Of a stretch of 64,000 bases of DNA, positions 62,101-64,000 are shown piece after piece; the stretch's first letter is position 1; each line of letters begins with the position of its first letter. The translations under genes and the position numbers were made by a program. The stretch spans positions 2,852,001 to 2,916,000 of the forward strand of contig CM030333.1 of NCBI GenBank assembly GCA_017654855.1, in the 5' to 3' direction. Origin of the DNA: Podospora anserina. Lineage: Eukaryota. Below the pieces are notes generated by a model that saw only the letters and a program-made list of their open reading frames with translations, did not search any database and was not told the DNA's origin.

Positions 62101-64000
62101 AGCTAAGTCCTGACGGGTACGTTGAAATGGCTTGGCTTATGGGGTTGATACGACACGTTGATGAACCTTGCAAGGGTGGTCATTATGTTGGGTGGGTCGA
62201 TGCCAAAACAGGGGAACCGGTCGACGACAACGACGTGCGGCACAAATACGGCGAATTCATCAAGGCGCACACCGGGATCAGATTTGTCGAGCCAGATACG
62301 ATTACAGGCTATGACCCAGCCTGCAAAGAGCTCTTACAAGAGGTCGCCGTGGAGGAAGACCTCCCTCCCTTTGAGACTTCTCTCTCTACGGCTGAGGCCC
62401 TGCGACTGAAGCATGGAGACAAAGTAGCCATATTGCGCCTACAAGGGAACTCTGATAGTTATCAAGTTCAGATCAGACGCGGTGCTACCATCCTTGTCCC
62501 CAAAGCCATTCCGTTCCCTTGGGGTTCAGTGGCAGGCTTGCTGCCGAGTGGATGGGATGCTGCCAGGTACGGCATTCCAAAAGACATCATCCAGCAGGTG
62601 GACCCGGTGACGTTGTACACTTTGTGCTGTGTCGCAGAGGCCTTTTACAGTGCCGGAGTCCCAGATCCAACCGAGGTGTTTCAGCACATTCATCTATCCG
62701 AGCTGGGAAACTTCATCGGTTCATCCATGGGCGGTGTCCTCAAGACCCGCCATCTCTACCGCGACGCCTATCTGGACCAAGATATTCAGGCAGACACACT
62801 CCAAGACACGTATCTGAACACCACGCCCGCTTGGATCAACATGTTGTTGCTGGGTGCAGCTGGACCCATCAAGACCCCAGTGGGGGCCTGTGCCACTGGC
62901 CTAGAGTCTATCGATTCCGCCATGGACTCCATAATGGCAGGCAAAACCAAGATGTGTCTTGTGGGAGGCTACGACGATTTCGGAGAAGAGGAGTCACTCG
63001 GATTCGCCAAGATGAAAGCCACAGTCGATGTGGCCGCGGAGCTGGCACGGGGCCGCCTGCCCTCGGAGATGTCACGGCCGACTGCAGAAAGTCGGGCTGG
63101 GTTTGTCGAGTCCCACGGTTGTGGCGTTCAGCTGCTCTGTCGTGCCGATGTTGCACTGGAAATGGGACTCCCCATCTACGGTGTCATTGCCGGATCGGCC
63201 ACGGCTGCCGACGGCATTGGTCGCTCGGTGCCCGCACCTGGCCAAGGTATCCTGACCTTTGCTGGCCAGGCAGAGCAGCACATGCCACTATACACTCAGC
63301 TGTCCATCAGAAACGATAGCTTTTCCTCTGGCTCATCTTCTGAGCCGGAGCTATGGACCCCTGTGAGCGAAAAGGCTGGCTCAAAATCAACATCTTCTTC
63401 CATAGGGGCGGCTTTGGGGGCTTGGGGCCTCACGATCAATGACCTCGACGTGGCCTCGTTACACGGCACCTCTACCAAAGCCAACGACCTCAACGAGCCT
63501 GAGGTGATACACAAGCAAATGACCCACCTGGGCCGCACCGATGGTGGACCCCTCTGGGCTATCTGCCAAAAGTCCATCACTGGTCACCCAAAAGCGCCTG
63601 CTGCCGCGTGGATGATGAACGGATGCCTGCAGGTCCTCGACAGTGGTCTTGTTCCGGGAAACCGCAACGCCGACAACATCGATCCTGCCCTAAAGGCATA
63701 TCACCATCTGTGCTTTCCCACTAGGACTGTCAGGATGGCTGGTGAAGGGCCCAAGGCCTTTCTGCTCACGTCATTTGGGTTTGGACAGAAAAGCGGGCAG
63801 GTTGTTGGTGTAGCACCGCGCTTCTTCTTTGGCTCGTTGCCTGCCAGCAGCTTTGCAGAATATTGCGGCAAGACCAAAGCAAGGCAGGCAAAGGCTGATA
63901 GGGCGTTTGCAAAAGCGGTCATGGAGAATCAGGTTGTGAAGGTGAAGACGGAGCCTCTGTATGTCAAAAGAGATGCGTCCCGTATCTACTTGGACCGGTC
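59173..64000 (+). CDS. stcJ: Hexanoate synthase alpha subunit StcJ/HexA, truncated by window end
   Basis: LLVELL..HQFAFPVRW..TQD, ACP GG|KSTLQNE, KR LVTGAGQGSIG, KS PVGACATG, SLHGTST, GHPKAP. The main exon from about 59876 stays open to base 64000, so it is absent from the ORF track. Confidence 0.94.

Noticed and set aside
59420..64000. stcJ appearing fragmented in the ORF track
   Set aside because: The main exon has no stop before the window end; short ORFs listed there are in other frames or antisense.

Overview
Intron-containing filamentous-ascomycete DNA. Gene content and intragenic C-to-G skew suggest a Sordariales/Podospora-like genome, which is an inference and not directly shown. The right 25 kb (38.5-64 kb) is one half of a sterigmatocystin (ST)/aflatoxin-type cluster: stcW, stcV, stcU, stcT, a hypE-like EthD gene, stcS, stcN, stcM, stcL, stcK and a truncated stcJ. 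Several AflR-type TCG(N5)CGR boxes lie between these genes, and the stcO-P-Q-R block is absent from its Aspergillus nidulans position. An HSL-family esterase and a Nor-1-like SDR sit at the cluster edge. The left 37 kb holds a P450, a secreted unknown protein, two pseudogenes, GH5 and AA9 cellulolytic genes, and NAD(P) transhydrogenase. It also holds a 2EXR protein, a 7-exon NDUFA12 gene missed by the ORF track, PGS1, a divergent GT2/GT31 pair, three small Cys-rich secreted proteins (two are tandem paralogues), an MDR dehydrogenase and a RIP-like degraded heptad-repeat relic. Exon boundaries were read by eye. No rRNA, tRNA, CRISPR array or intact transposon was found.
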